64,000 nucleotides of DNA, taken from the NCBI GenBank assembly GCA_001643675.2, contig LSRY02000041.1:310001-374000 (forward strand), in the 5' to 3' direction. Below the pieces are notes generated by a model, which made no database searches, was not told the origin of the DNA, and was given only the letters and a program-made list of their open reading frames with translations. The stretch comes from Monocercomonoides exilis PA203. Its lineage: Eukaryota > Protista > Preaxostyla. Numbering within the stretch: position 1 is the stretch's first letter; every line of letters starts with the position of its first letter. Of this stretch, positions 62,501-64,000 are shown one piece after another. The position numbers and the translations under genes are program-made.

Positions 62501-64000
62501 AAATTGAAACAGATGAAGATTCCGAAGATGCTGAAAGAGAAGGAAAGAAAGAATCTGAATTTGTCTGAGATGAGCTTAACATTGGTGGAGGAGTCAAAGA
62601 AAACGGAGACAAACACAAAGAAACAGTTTCTTGGGAGCTGTGAAGAAAATCTTGTGAATGTGAAGTGACGTTGAATGACTCCGGCAGTGACGTGTGAAGT
62701 GGTGTCTGAAAAAGAGCATTGAAGTTGGTCTTCTCATCAAACAGATCATCGTCACTATCTTCTGTTGTTGCAGATGATGATGACGATGATGATGAAGTGG
62801 TAGCATTTTCAATCTCCAAATGCTCTTTGCATTTTATCCTGGGATTCGTGATGTGTTTTTGGAAGGTCTTCGAATCGAAGCAATATGCCCGATGATCAAC
62901 CGGAAAGGAAACAAACAAAGACTCGTTTTCATCCTCTTTACTCGAAGAATTCTGAGAAGCAGACGATGATGAAGGTGCGTTGAACATGAGATGTTTTACA
63001 CATTTATTAACAACAGTGTTTGGAGATAAACGTGGTTGAACGCTTTGTTGGTTCTTAAATGTGATTTCATTCAATCCGCCCTCTTTCTTCTCTTTCAGCA
63101 TCCGGTGAAACGGAAGCTGATGAAGTGAGAAATTCGTACTTTGCATTCGTACTTGTTCCGTTTCAGTATCATTCAGTGAATTTGTAAGAGCTTGATTGTT
63201 AGGGAGAATTGGAACATGAGAAGTTGGACTTAAATAACTGTCATCTCTTCTCTTCATTTCTCTGTGCCCAATGTTAACTCCGCTTTGATCATCGTCTATT
63301 GGAGGCGAATAATAATAATGAAAGCATTGTTCATCGTCTTCTTCTCCAAATAAGCGTCTTTCCCATTGTGTTTTCTGAATGTGGTTGGAACTCCTTTCTT
63401 TTGCAAAGATCGACCTCAAAATTGCGGCAGTGTCAAATTTCTCTTTTTGTTCTACTTGCGCGCTTTTATTTTCTGCTTTTTCATTTGGAGAACTTTTGTC
63501 TTCTGAGGAAAGTTGCTTTGTTTCATTTGTTGTTTTTTTCTTTGAGGAATTTCTATAATCGTCTTCATTTTGGTCATTTTCTTCTGTTCTGAATCTGCCG
63601 TGTGGATAGATAAACGAATCGAAAAATGAGTCATCATCTTCTGAATCGTACATTGGAAGAGGAAGTTGTGTATGACGTCTTGTATTATATCTCCTTTCGG
63701 AAAGAGAATCTTCGGTTGATTCATCAGTGTGTTGTTTCTGAGCTGTTTCTGAATTTATCAATGCATTGGTTTTAAACTCTCTGTCATTGTCTTCAAAACT
63801 GATTTTACGAGTTACTCTTTTTCGTTTTTGTTTCGGTTTCTTGATAATTTGTTCAACGGACGATTTTTCGTTTTGAGATTCTTGACTAATTGCTTCATCC
63901 AACGATTTTTGTTCATTCTCGTTTGGTAAAGGATCTTTGGTGGATTCAACTTCCTTATTCAATTTGAAAAATGATAAAATTGAAACTGTATTTTGAGGAT
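59506..64000 (-). CDS. Multi-exon WD40-repeat protein with a long disordered N-terminus (5' end outside the window)
   Basis: HAHDRWVSGV..VSSADSGDVALWD, GVYTLDY..LTGSKDCSAIIWD, LHKGTVK..FASSGNDRTI, AHKNVVNSVVWSP..LISSSF..FKLWDTR over short exons with GT-AG introns (59506-60820). The frame is open to the window edge. Confidence 0.88.

Noticed and set aside
1-64000. tRNA, rRNA, telomeric repeats or prokaryotic operons
   Set aside because: None recognised by eye; a tRNAscan-SE/Infernal run would be needed to exclude small RNAs.

Overview
AT-rich eukaryotic genomic DNA with GT-AG introns, the standard genetic code and proteins full of Ser/Glu homopolymers. The style and gene families suggest an oxymonad such as Monocercomonoides (inference, not verified). 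Host genes: a 3-exon TPR protein phosphatase 5 (8849-11001), a 1049-aa low-complexity ORF, a frameshifted type-I membrane protein with two internal repeats (27773-30182), a giant (~4,300 aa) RMC1/C18orf8 (Mic1) candidate (46289-59459) and a multi-exon WD40 gene running off the right edge. The remainder is a dense transposon landscape that resolves by eye to base-pair level. It includes a full-length DIRS1-type tyrosine-recombinase retrotransposon with ITRs, an internal complementary region and coding in all three frames (~32500-38520). Three related TA-terminated TIR elements have perfect 8-bp target-site duplications, and two of them carry 2-3 kb of cargo. A Merlin-like long-TIR element carries a surface-protein gene fragment and sits next to a Merlin/ISXO2 transposase relic. 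There is also a Tc1/mariner-type element with perfect 54-bp TIRs, a 256-bp MITE family with 4-bp TSDs (its empty site is visible in the window) and three decayed pogo-like transposases. The most notable system-level signal is repeated packaging of host-like gene fragments inside non-autonomous TIR elements of more than one superfamily.
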